Assembly (NCBI GenBank): GCA_000388065.2
Contig: KB932206.1
Source of the DNA: Fonticula alba ATCC 38817
Lineage: Eukaryota > Protista > Nucleariida
Length of the DNA stretch: 64,000 bases
Strand: one strand, 5' to 3'
Part shown: positions 48,478 to 59,502 of the stretch, piece after piece
Position numbering within the stretch: position 1 is the first letter of the stretch
Layout of the letters: each line of letters begins with the position of its first letter
Made by a program: the position numbers and the translations under genes
The notes under the pieces: model-generated
The model's database searches: none
Told to the model about the DNA's origin: nothing
What the model saw: the letters and a program-made list of their open reading frames with translations, nothing else

Positions 48478-49920
48478 TCACAGCTTGCGCGACACACTAC
48501 GCAGGGTGTGCATTAGCCGGAGGACGGCCGACATGACGACCACAGCACCGGCCTGATGGGCACTGGCCAGCGGGGTGGGGACATGCATCAGCAGGGTGGC
48601 AATGCCGAGGGTGAACTGCCCGGCCAGGGCACCAGACAGCAGGAGCATGGCATTGCGAGTGGGCTTGGCCAGGAGGTGCCACTGCCGGCGGAGGACCACA
48701 CCCAGCACAAGGCCACACCCGGCGGCCAGGGTGGTGGTGGCCAGGACACGATGGTGGAACTGGGTGGCCGGGGCGGAGTCCAGCACCCGGCGCACGGGGT
48801 TCGGCTCGTCCTCGACCGGGAGCAGGTAGTCCGCCGGGGCCAGACGGCCCGGCCCCATGGTGGGGAACTCGTTGTACACACGCCCGGCATGGAGGCCAGC
48901 CACCAGGGCCCCGGAAAGGATGGTCACGCCGACCAGGGTGGCCAGATGGTGGCTATTGCGCTTGAGCGACCGGAGGGGGCCCCACACGGCCGGGTCGCGC
49001 ACGGCCGAGTACAGGTTCTTGGCCGCGGTGCTCGGCAGCAGGGACAAGCCATTCCACAGGGAGACCCCGTAGATGACCAGGGCCAGGCCCAGGTGCGCGG
49101 CCAGGCGGAGATGGCTCACACGGGCCACGCGATCCTCCTCGACCAGGCGCTCATCCAGGCCGGACTTGACCATGAGCCAGCCCATGAGCCCCTGGGCACC
49201 GATGAGGGTGCCGATGGCCAGGGCCTGCCGACCGAAGGGGGTCATGCGGCCGGCGTCCCGGAGAACCACCGTCCCGCGGGCGGCCATCCAGGCCAGCGGC
49301 GCGGCCCAGGCCAGGCCAATCAGCCGGCCCACCTGGCGGTGGCCCCACTCCCACCAGAAAATGTACTTGAAGTCCTCCATGGACATGCCGTGGTTCTGCA
49401 GGCGGTACTCCGGCGAGGCGCGGTACTTGGCAAACTCGGCATCCCACTCGGCATCCGACCGCGGAGGCAGGGTCCCGGTGACCGGGCGCCAGTCGGTGAT
49501 CGACAGGCCGGACTCGGTCAGCCGCGTCAGACCGCCGATGACAATGATGCTGAAGGTCAAGCCGGCCACCGTGAACATGTAGGCGGCGGCGCGGCGCTCG
49601 GAGCCGCGCGGCACGCCGCCCATCAGAGCCGACCAGCGGCCGGTGCCGGTCGCAGCCGCCTCGGCCGGCGCCGCCGGAGCCGACGTGGTCATGGCCCGGC
49701 GAAGCAGCGTGGTGGGACTGCCACCCGGGGCCCGGGCCAGAGGACGCATGGCCCCGAGGAGGCCAGCCCGACGGCCAGCGGCCAGCAGCGGCGCCTCGGC
49801 CGCCAGCAGCCCGGCACGCAGGCTGAGGCTGGCGGCCGGGGCAGCCGGGCGCATCGGGGTCACCAGGGCCGCCCGGAGGCTGGGGGCGGCCCGGCCAGCA
49901 AAGCGACCGAGCGAGAACAT
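48478..49920 (-). CDS. COX15: Heme A synthase Cox15, intronless, with mitochondrial presequence
   Basis: IGGLTRLTESGLSITDWRPVTG, F..Y..SPEY, WEWGHR..GR, QGLMGWLMVKSGL, RLAAHL, SGALVAGLHAG..YNEFP, QFHHR, LASAHQ. Confidence 0.97.
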   Translation of the reverse strand: MFSLGRFAGRAAPSLRAALVTPMRPAAPAASLSLRAGLLAAEAPLLAAGRRAGLLGAMRPLARAPGGSPTTLLRRAMTTSAPAAPAEAAATGTGRWSALMGGVPRGSERRAAAYMFTVAGLTFSIIVIGGLTRLTESGLSITDWRPVTGTLPPRSDAEWDAEFAKYRASPEYRLQNHGMSMEDFKYIFWWEWGHRQVGRLIGLAWAAPLAWMAARGTVVLRDAGRMTPFGRQALAIGTLIGAQGLMGWLMVKSGLDERLVEEDRVARVSHLRLAAHLGLALVIYGVSLWNGLSLLPSTAAKNLYSAVRDPAVWGPLRSLKRNSHHLATLVGVTILSGALVAGLHAGRVYNEFPTMGPGRLAPADYLLPVEDEPNPVRRVLDSAPATQFHHRVLATTTLAAGCGLVLGVVLRRQWHLLAKPTRNAMLLLSGALAGQFTLGIATLLMHVPTPLASAHQAGAVVVMSAVLRLMHTLRSVSRKL

Positions 49921-49942
49921 GGTCGCGCTAGGAGGGGCGTGG

Positions 49943-49978
<36 letters not shown>

Positions 49979-50942
49979 GGGGAGGGCGGCGGGGGGCGGA
50001 GAGAGAGAGAGGGAGAGAGGACGGTCAGGGGGGGCGGCGCCTGTTTACTTGGCTCCGTGTGTGCGGGTGTGTGTGNNNNNNNNNNNNNNNNNNNNNNNNN
50101 NNNNNNNNNNNNNNNNNNNNNNNNNNNNNNNNNNNNNNNNNNNNNNNNNNNNNNNNNNNNNNNNNNNNNNNNNNNNNNNNNNNNNNNNNNNNNNNNNNNN
50201 NNNNNNNNNNNNNNNNNNNNNNNNNNNNNNNNNNNNNNNNNNNNNNNNNNNNNNNNNNNNNNNNNNNNNNNNNNNNNNNNNNNNNNNNNNNNNNNNNNNN
50301 NNNNNNNNNNNNNNNNNNNNNNNNNNNNNNNNNNNNNNNNNNNNNNNNNNNNNNNNNNNNNNNNNNNNNNNNNNNNNNNNNNNNNNNNNNNNNNNNNNNN
50401 NNNNNNNNNNNNNNNNNNNNNNNNNNNNNNNNNNNNNNNNNNNNNNNNNNNNNNNNNNNNNNNNNNNNNNNNNNNNNNNNNNNNNNNNNNNNNNNNNNNN
50501 NNNNNNNNNNNCCCACCCACAGGCTGCCGGGTAAACCACACAACGGGGGGCAGCCCGGCTCCGCTCCGGGCGCAGCAGCGCACCCCCGCCGGGGGGCACC
50601 AGACCGCTCTCGCGAGCCGGCAGGCGTGCATGTGCATATTAGTAATGCATGTGTAATCGGCCGGTCCGTTGGGAGCCGGGACAGGCCCCTTTTCAACGCC
50701 GGGCTCCCTCTGTGCGGTGCGTGCCGCCGCGTCGGCCCCGTCCCGTGCGCCCTGGGAGGCGCGAGCGGAGGAGGAAAGCGAGAACAGGGAGGACAATCTA
50801 TTGCGCACACGCGCGTGCGCCCACCCGCGGTCAGGGAGACGGGCAAATATGGGGGCGGCGGGGAGCGGTGCCGCATACTCACAAGGACAGAAAATTCAGA
50901 GGGGGCCGGTGGTCTCGGGAGGGGGGGGGGAGCCCGGAGCAC

Positions 50943-51813
50943 TCACGCCCGAGCATTGCCCACCAGCTCATCACCGAGGGTGGCTGGGGCCTGGGCTTCG
51001 GCTCCGGGGTCGGTGGTGGCGGGCCCGGCCTCCGTGGTATCCTGTTCGCCGAGCTTCCGCGCGGCCAGACGCTCCTTCAGCAGATCCATGCGCTCACGCT
51101 GCGAGAGGTGGAGATGCTGGGCGATCTCGGCCACCGGGTGCGAGGCGTCGTCCTCCGGGAAGATCGGGATGTTGGCGCGCTGGAGGAACTCCAGCGGCCC
51201 GGGGATGGATGCCGCCTCGACCTGCTGCAGGCGAGTCAGCAGAGTGGCCGCATGCGTGCGGCAGGACTCGCTGCCGGGATTCGCGCGCAGACGCTCGAGT
51301 GCCAGCTCCAGCTCGTCGGCCAGCTCGCGCTTGGCGGCCAATTCCGCTCGCAGGGCGGCATGCTTGTGTTCCTGTGGCATCGCCGAGACGGGCAACGGGG
51401 GCACGATACGCAGGGGGCCCAGGGCACAGGAGACCCGAGCGAGAACCGGAGGTGAATAAGAGGAAACAGGGGGGGGGGAGGGAAGGCGGGGGTCGAGGAG
51501 GATGGCAGCCGGCAGTCATACCTTTCGGTCGTACTCATGCTTCTCAATCACATAGAAGCCGATGCCTCCGCCAACGAGAGCACCTACAGGGGGGCGGGCG
51601 GGAAGCCGGGATGGAGTTAGACACGGGCATCAAGGGACACTCTGATAGTCGGATAGGGACCCCTGGCAGAAGCCCCAGCAGCAGGGGCGGCAAAAGGGAC
51701 GGGCAGAGGGGGAGATGCAAAAGGCCGGGGACACGCGAACACGCACCGAGGGACGCCTTGACGACCAGACTGGTGGGCTTGTGGTTGGGGAGCTCGTAGA
51801 AGCGCCGGAGCAT
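50943..51813 (-). CDS. Hypothetical small membrane-anchored coiled-coil protein (~180 aa)
   Basis: Three exons join in phase (..KASLG|ALVGGGIGFYVIEKHEYDRK|EHKHAALRAEL..). N-terminal TM helix then coiled coil. No family recognised. Confidence 0.7.
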
Positions 51814-53497
51814 GGTTGCGTGCTGCTTTGCTGGGCAGCCGGGGGGGGGGCAGGAGAACCGATGAACCTCGTGGAGGGGACGGGGACAGGGTAGGGGGGA
51901 GGGGGGAGGGAGAGAGAGTAGGCGGAAGGAAAAAGAGAGGAAGGAACGAGGGAGCAAGGTGTGCTGGGGGCCGGATCCCAGCCACCGCGGCGCAGCGCCA
52001 TTTCAGGCACGCACCCAGCTGCCAACGCGCGGGCACGCGTCCTATCACGTGCGACTCTTGTGGATTGCCCGATTGGATATCGTTCTAAACCCTCCTGGGC
52101 GCGGAGACCGGAGCGGGCACCCAGGCATGGCCGGACGCATTCGCAAGAGAACGCCCGGCATCCCGGCCGCGGCAGGAAGGCCCACGTCCGGGGGATGACA
52201 AGGCTGGGGACCCGGCCAGGGCGGGGGTGCGGGCGGGGGGGGGGGGGGCCGCCGCCAGGAGGCTCGAAGAGCGCCGGAGACAGTCCCAGGAAGTCTCCCC
52301 GGCCCGGGGCTGCCCCTTACAGCACACATCCGGCAAGGCCGGACCCGGGCGGAGGGGGAATGAACTAGCTGGGCGGACAGCCGGCCCGGATGGCGTGCGA
52401 CCCGCGTCCCACACGTCGCGCCCCGCGTTGGTCTCTCTCATCATCGGCCCCTCCTGCCCGAATGGAGCAGGAACGCCCCACGATGCCACCGGGTCCTGGC
52501 CCCCCGCCCCCCGGGGGGGGGGGGGGAGGGGGGGCGATGATCCCTGCGGACTTCTCACTGAGGCGCCGCCTGTCCGCGGCAGATCGGCCTTCCAGAGGCC
52601 ACGAGAAGGGGCCAGTTCGGAGAGCAGTTGTGGGCCGAGCGCGGGCCAAAAACGGGGCCCAGGGCCCGGCCGGGCCTGATACCGCGCGTCGCCCGCCCGC
52701 CAGGTCCGCGGGGGGGGGCGGGGGGCAAAATGCATGGTGCGTCCCACGCGTCGCGGTGGCAGTAGATTGGGGCCCCGCCGGCGCGCGGGTGGCCATTCTC
52801 ATGAGGCCGGTCTGACCGCGCGCCCTCCGCATTCTCGACCGTTGATTCTCCTCGGCCACGCCGGAAGGGGCATACCAGAGGGGGCCGTCCTCACGGCGAA
52901 AAAAGCCCCCGCGAGAGACGGGGCCGAGGAGAGGGGCCAAAGAGAGAGCCCAACGGCCGGGCCCGCTTCGCCGCAAGAAGGTCTTGGGACAAGATCGGCT
53001 CCTGCGCCGCGGGGGGGGCGGGGGGCGGGGGGCGGGTCGACGCGCGCACGCATGCCCCCTCCCGCCCCCTGGCCGGGCCGGCTGTAACCGCCTTAGCTAG
53101 GGAGGACTATGCCGGCGTGTGTGTGTGTGTGTGCGTGCGTGCATGTGTGCATGCTCCGGCGTGGCCACAACATGTATGTGTGGTGTGCGATTGCAGGGTC
53201 TTTCCGTGGCGATCGCAGGGGCCCTGTCTTTTTTAGGCCGGGACATCGGGCGTCCAGGCGCCCCGTCGCGCCTCTTCCCCAATCCCCCCCTCCCCTTCTC
53301 CTCTCTGTCGCCCTGTGTCACCAGACACCTCTCTCCGCCCACGCCTCCCTCCTGCCCTCCCTCCACGCCTCTGCTCCATCGCAGCCCCCAGCCCCTCCCC
53401 TGCTGGCTCGCCCGCTACATCCGGCTCCTTCCACTTGGTCGCCCCATCTCTGCCTGCAGTCGTGCGCATACACCCCCCCCCCCCACTCTCTGCGCCT

Positions 53498-53547
<50 letters not shown>

Positions 53548-53668
53548 CGCTCGTACATATTCACGCGGCTCCCTCCCTCCTGGGCCAATCGTCGCCCCGC
53601 GAGCTGACACCTTCGCCCTCCTCTCCCGATCTGGGGCCTGCCCTGGGGGGACACGCCCTCCGGCCCAG

Positions 53669-55878
53669 GTGTCTTCCTCGTCACAAGCCACTGGGAAGCG
53701 CCAGGCGCCTCCCTTCTTCCGGTCTTCATCGTCACTGGACGGTGAGACGGTGATCGACCTCTCGGAGGATCTGCCCCACGAGCCGACTCCAAAGCGTCGG
53801 TCCCCCTCGGCGAGCGCCTCCTCTCCCCAGGCACCTCCGACGCCACCTTCACAGCAGCGCCAGCCGCGGCACTCCGGCCGATCGCGCCAACCCCCGGCAT
53901 CGCCCCCGCCGAAGCCCTCCCGAGCCCAGACCCCCTTTTCGACCCCGCCCCCGCCCCCGCCGTCCACGACCCCCGGCCCCGCCTCGTCCTCCCACCGGCC
54001 GATGTCAGCCGCCTCCCAGTCCAATCAACATGGCCGGCCGGCCTCTCGCCTAGCGGTGGATCCCCAATTCGCCCCGAACTCCACCGCCACGCACTATGAA
54101 CGCCTGGGGCTGTCACCCGATGCCACGGCCAAGGAAATTCGCCAATCGTGCGTCTCGGGGCCGGTGCCACGCCTCTCCCTTCTCCTGGATCGCCGCCCTC
54201 GTTCCGACCTTCCTCCTCTTCCCCTTTCTTCCTCCTCCTTCCCACCCCCAACCCGGGCCACTGACCCTGCCAGTCTCCCTTCCTCGCGCGCTCCCTCCCT
54301 CCCTCTCTCTCTCTCTCTTTCTCTCCTGATAGCTTCCGAAAGAAGGCCCTCCTTCTCCACCCAGACAAGAATACCGCGGAGGATGGCCCAGAGGCGGCGC
54401 GTCGCTTCCAGATGCTTGTACATTCGTATAACACCCTTTCCGACGGTCCGTTTCTCGCCTTCCCCTCCACCCCGCTTCCCCGCTTTCGAATGCCTGCCAT
54501 TGCATCGACTCCTCCTTCCCCCATCTCACATGTGTGTTTCTTCGCCCAAACACATACGCACATGCATGGCACCTATGGCTATGGATGTCTATGCGCCCGC
54601 TCCACACGCGCCAATGGGTTGCCGTCTGTTGGGATTCTCCTCGGTCCCGTAGAAACCCTCCGGCTCAAGTACGACAATGAGCTGGAGCGCCGGAGGCGTA
54701 TCTCAGCTCGCAAGCGCCAATCGGCCGCCTCCAAGGCATCGGCCGCGCGGTCAGCCGCCGCTGCCGCCCCTCGGCCATCATCCAGCCACCCTCAGGCAGC
54801 CCCCCCCAGCACTGCCTCCAGCACTGCCTCCCATCAGACCCCCTCCACCACTGGCGCGGGCACCGGGCGCCCCGGCTCGGCATCCTTCCCGTGGACACAT
54901 TCGGAGGCCCCCCAGCCGCACACCCATTCGACGCACCACTCCTTCTCGTCCGCCAACGGCCACACCACTTTTACCACATCCACCCGCACAACCACCTCCG
55001 GTGGAGGAGGGACCTGGTCTGCCTCGACAACCACCTCCACTTCCACCCCCGGCGTCGGGCCAGCCGGGACAGCACCCGTCCACCAGCAGCAAACCTTCTT
55101 CAGGACTGGCAGCGGCTCGTCATACACGTATGCTTACCATCCGCCGCCCGGCAGTGGCTCCGCCCCATCCCCGCCTCCGGCCCCGGCCCCGGCCCCGGCC
55201 CCGGCCCCAGCCCCGGCTGCGCACTACCCCGGCGCCAGCCCTCCAGGAGCGGATCCGGCGGCGGCGGCCTCTTTCGGCCACTCGATGTTCAATTACCCAT
55301 ATGTCTTCAACCCGGCGGATGTGCAACACGCACAGCAGGAGATGGCTTCGCTTCACATGCATCAACATGCTGCCCACATATCCCAAACTACGGCACATGT
55401 GTTCAATCACTTTTTCAATGACTTCACGCACATCTTCAATGACCTGGCCGGCTTCACGGGACAGCCAACCGCCTCTCCTCTCCAGGGGGCCTTCAGCCAG
55501 GTGTTCATGAACCTCTACCCGGGCATCGATGTGCCGAACTCCGTGCTTTCGATCGTCCAACACCAATACGCCGCGAACCAGGTCCGGGCTCCGGCCCCGC
55601 CCCCGGCCCCGGCCCCCGCCCCCGCCGCGACAACACACTACACGCCATACTACAGCACTCTGGGCCAGCCTTCCCCGGCCCAGGCTCAGTCCTTCCCCTC
55701 GACGCGGCCGCCCCCGCAGCCGCAGCCGCAGCCACAGTCGCAGCCGCAGCCGCACTTGTACTCGCACTCGCAGCCGGCTCGGCCACCGCCCGTGCATACC
55801 CCCTACTTTCTGGACATCCAGAACCAGTCGGGTCCCGCACCGGCTCCTGGCCGTGTGTACAGTCATCACACATCCTAG
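53669..55878 (+). CDS. Class C J-domain (DnaJ) protein with long disordered Pro/Ser/Thr/His-rich flanks; start uncertain
   Basis: THYERLGLSPDATAKEIRQS|FRKKALLLHPDK..ARRFQMLVHSYNTLSD|ETLRLKYD: intact HPD motif across two introns. Final exon open to TAG 55878. Confidence 0.85.
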
Positions 55879-56369
55879 ATCTCTGTGTCATACCATGCCG
55901 CCTGGGGGGGGGCGGGGGAGATGTGCCTCCTCCGCCCGGTTGTTGTCCGTGTTGGAAGGCACGACCGCAGCCAGGAGGGGGAGGGCATGTGCCCAGGTGT
56001 GCATGCGCGCGCAGCATGCCCTATGCGCCAGATGCGCCTTCCCGCGAGGCAATATCACTCTGTCCTTGTTTTCATCCACCTATATTCCTTGCTCCCCCGG
56101 TCTCCCTCTGCTCTTGGCCTGGCCCCGCGCATCGAGAAAAAAAAACACAGCCGCAGGAGGCTGGACAGGAAGCAGAAAGAAGCAGGGGGAACCCGTTGCA
56201 CCACAGGGAGTCGGGCGCGGGGGTGGGGATCCCACATAAAGTGTATTTTGTCGAGCAGTGCCGCGCAGCCCTCCCTCCCTCCAGGAGCAAAGTTGCATGT
56301 GGGTCGAGGGAGAGAAGGGGACCCTCCTGGGGAGGAAGGAGTCCCCTCTCGTCCGGCAGCGGCACGCGC

Positions 56370-58087
56370 TCAAACGAACTCCACATAGGAAGTGGGGAAA
56401 AAGCCGCGCACACCGCGCGGGTCCTCGCCCTCGGTCCAGCCATCGCCGATGTCCTCACTGATGATGAGAATGGTGTCGCCCTCCTTGAGAGAGAGTTCCT
56501 CGGGGGCGGTGGCCTCGTAGGAGTAGAGCACACGGCAGGTCTTCTCGGAGCTGGACAGCCAGGAAGAGAGAGGGGGAGGGGGGGAGAGAGAGAGGGAGAG
56601 AGAGGAAGCGGTGAGAGGAGATGGCACACAAGAGGTCAGCAAAGGCCAGAGGGGCGGCAACGGCAGGAGCAGCAACCCAAGAACAAGCAAAGGGAGAACC
56701 GCCGGGAGCGAGAGCGGGGGGGGGGGGGGGGGGGGGCAAGCCCAGGACAGGCGTACCTCGGCGGAGGGGGCGGAGGGGCCGAGGAGTACATCGCCGCCGA
56801 CGAGGCAAAGGCATCGTCGTCGATGATGTCGTCGGAGTTCCCCATCGAGGGAGGCATGCCGAAGGACATGTTTCCAAAGCCGGAGGAAGCCGGAGGCGGG
56901 GGCATGGGCGGCGCCGCGGTGAAGCTGGCGCTGTCGTCCCAGTTGTCCTGGTCGTCGTCGTCGTCGGCCGGCGGCGGCGGAGGCGGCGGCGGCGGCGCAC
57001 CGAAAGCCGGAGGGGGAGCATCGGCCGGCGGCGGCGCACCAAAGCCCGAGGCATCCGAGACAGGCGGCGGCGGCGGCACGCCGAAGCCCGAGGCATCTGG
57101 CGGCGGCACCGGCAGGGTGGACGGCGCACCCGGGACGAGGAGGCTCTGCAAAGGTGGGGGAGAAAGGGACAACATGCCGATGGGGGAAGAGAAAGAGGGA
57201 GGGCAATTTGGCGGGTGAGTCGGGATGTGCCGAGGAGTGTTGGATGGTGGACGAGGGGCGAAATAGAGGAGAAGACGCGCGCGGGGGGAGGACGCACAGG
57301 AGAAACAGGAGAGTTGGTGGCGTATACCGAGGTGGTCGGTCGACGGCGGAAGCTCAGCAGGTTGGGGGTGAGGCCAGGGGCGGCACCGCCAGCAGCAGCC
57401 GGCTCGGAGGCGGTCTGAGCGTCGACCGTCGGCGAGGCGGTTGGCGTCGTCGAAGGGGCAGCTGCATGGATGGGGGCCAAAAAAAAAGAGAAAGGGGAGA
57501 GGGGCACGGAGAGGAAGGAGGAGGAGAACGGGTCAGAAAGGCGCGCAGAAACCGCCGGGAAGAGGATGCTCCGAGCAGAAAGACAAGCACGAACCGAAGC
57601 TCACCGGGCGGCTACCATCCGTGAGGAAGGGCGTGCCGACGCTGTCGAAGCTGGAGAAGTCAATGCGCCAGTTGGAGTCCTCGTCGGCAGTCGGCTGCCC
57701 AGCCAGACGAGAGGTGGTCAGGGCAATGCCAGCCGTGTTGACCGGGATGGCCGCCTCGAGGCTGGCCGGGGCGCTGGCGGCCTCCTCTAGGGCCAGGGCG
57801 CTGGACATTGGCACGGGGTGGCGGACAACACGATTGGCGAAGATGTTCTTTGGCGGATCGGCCGGGGTGTCGAAGTCCCCGAGGGTGGCCCGCGAGGCGT
57901 AGTCCTTTTCCGTCGAGAGGAAGGTGCGCACGGCGCGGACATTGGCCAGAGTGGCGTCAATCTCGTTGGTCTGGCTGCTGATATGGTCAGCCAGGTGCTG
58001 GGCCGTCACATTGACATGGTAAGCGAAGGCGCCAAGGCCAGAGAAGGCATACTGTGGGCGTATGGTGGGGAGTGAGAGAGGGGGCGG

Positions 58088-58119
<32 letters not shown>

Positions 58120-58511
58120 GAGAGAGAGAGAGGAGAGAGAGGTAGAGAGGGGGAAAGGGTTAGTGTATCGCGGCAAACGGGGCCCTCGGATGGGGGGGGG
58201 GGGAGAGAGAGAGAGAAGGACGGAGAAAGGAAGAAGAGTGGGCTGTAAAGAAAGGCAAAGGTGTGTAGAGGCGCACGTTGCGGGTCTCCTGAAGGACACG
58301 CTGGGGGTCGGCAGCGACCTGAGCATTGGTCGCGGTGATGTGACGAAGAATGCTGTCGATGTACTCGTCGTTCTTCTTCAGGGCCTGGGGGCGGGGGTCG
58401 AATGGGAGGGTCAGTATGAAGTGCGCCGGGGAAGGGCCATCACAGGGAGGCAATGGTGCAGAGCAGACCCACCTCGAGGGCAGCGGCGAAGGCGGAGCCA
58501 GGGGTCTCCAT
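56370..58511 (-). CDS. ABI: Abl-interactor (Abi), WAVE/SCAR regulatory complex subunit, with Pro-rich middle and C-terminal SH3
   Basis: The N-terminus ALKKNDEYI..RVLQETRNYAFSGLGAFAYHVNVTAQHL..QTNEI..EKDYASRATLG aligns with animal Abi1 ([39 protein letters not shown]). SH3 is RVLYSYEATAPEELSLKEGD..GWTEG..GFFPTSYV. One internal junction (~57590/57450) is ambiguous. Confidence 0.85.
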
Positions 58512-59502
58512 GGCAGACGGGTGGAGTGCGCGGCGCGGGCGGGCGAGCGGGAGAGCGGCTGCGGGCGAGCGGGAGAGGGGGAAGGGGGGAGAAGGAGGGG
58601 GGGGGGGGGGTTGTCGGCTGCCGGGACCGAAGTGATGAGGCTCATTCCGGCGCGCTTTTCCCCCACCGGGCGGCCGGGCCGGAGGCGGGCTCCTGGCTCA
58701 GGGGCCAGGGGGAGGGGCGGGATGCCCCGAGCCGCGCCAGGAGAAAGCGGGGACTCATTCAACCAACAGCCCCTGGGGNNNNNNNNNNNNNNNNNNNNNN
58801 NNNCCAACAAGGCGACCCGCCCCCCTCCCCCAAAGTTCCTCGGCCCGCCAGTTGCACCCCTGAGAGAAGAAGAACAACACACCAAGGAGCCCGGGGTGAG
58901 GAATGAGCCCGGTCCGGCGGGCGGCAAGCGGCGGTAAGTTGGAGGCCGGGGGGGGGGGCGGGGGGGGGCGGGGGCGAGAGAGCATCGAAAAGGAAAACAT
59001 GCCATTCACGCCAGTGAGGCTGGGGCAGGGGCCGAACCCCTGGGTCGGTCAGCTGCCCCGCGCGTGATATGCCGTGGCAACGCTCTGGGAGTACAAATTC
59101 TTGCCGAAGTGCCCATCCTCGCTCGTCCCCTCCCTCCGAGGCACGGCGTGGGCACACGCGTTCCACCGCATGCGGGATCAGCAGGACGGGATGAATGGCG
59201 CACAACAGGGGACATAGGGCCCCGCGTCCGCGGGCCGCGCGGCTGCCTCGTCCTGGCCTGCTCGCGCGTCTTCAGTCCCACGAAAGGGCCCGAGGGGGGG
59301 GGGGGGGGGAGGGGGAAAAGGGAAGCCCCAACCCTTCCCCCGGGGGCCCGACTGGCCCGCGCTCAGCTCCTCCCCTCGACCCGATCCCCCACCTACATGC
59401 CCTACGCCTGGCCCTTCTCCTCTCTCTCTCTCCTCCTCCTCCCCCGCCCTCCCCCCCTGTCCCCTCATCATCACTACCAACGAGACGCTCGCCATCGTCA
59501 CC

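Noticed and set aside
21845-49920. Heme-pathway cluster (HEM15 and COX15)
   Set aside because: They are ~25 kb apart with seven unrelated genes between, so there is no evidence of a cluster.
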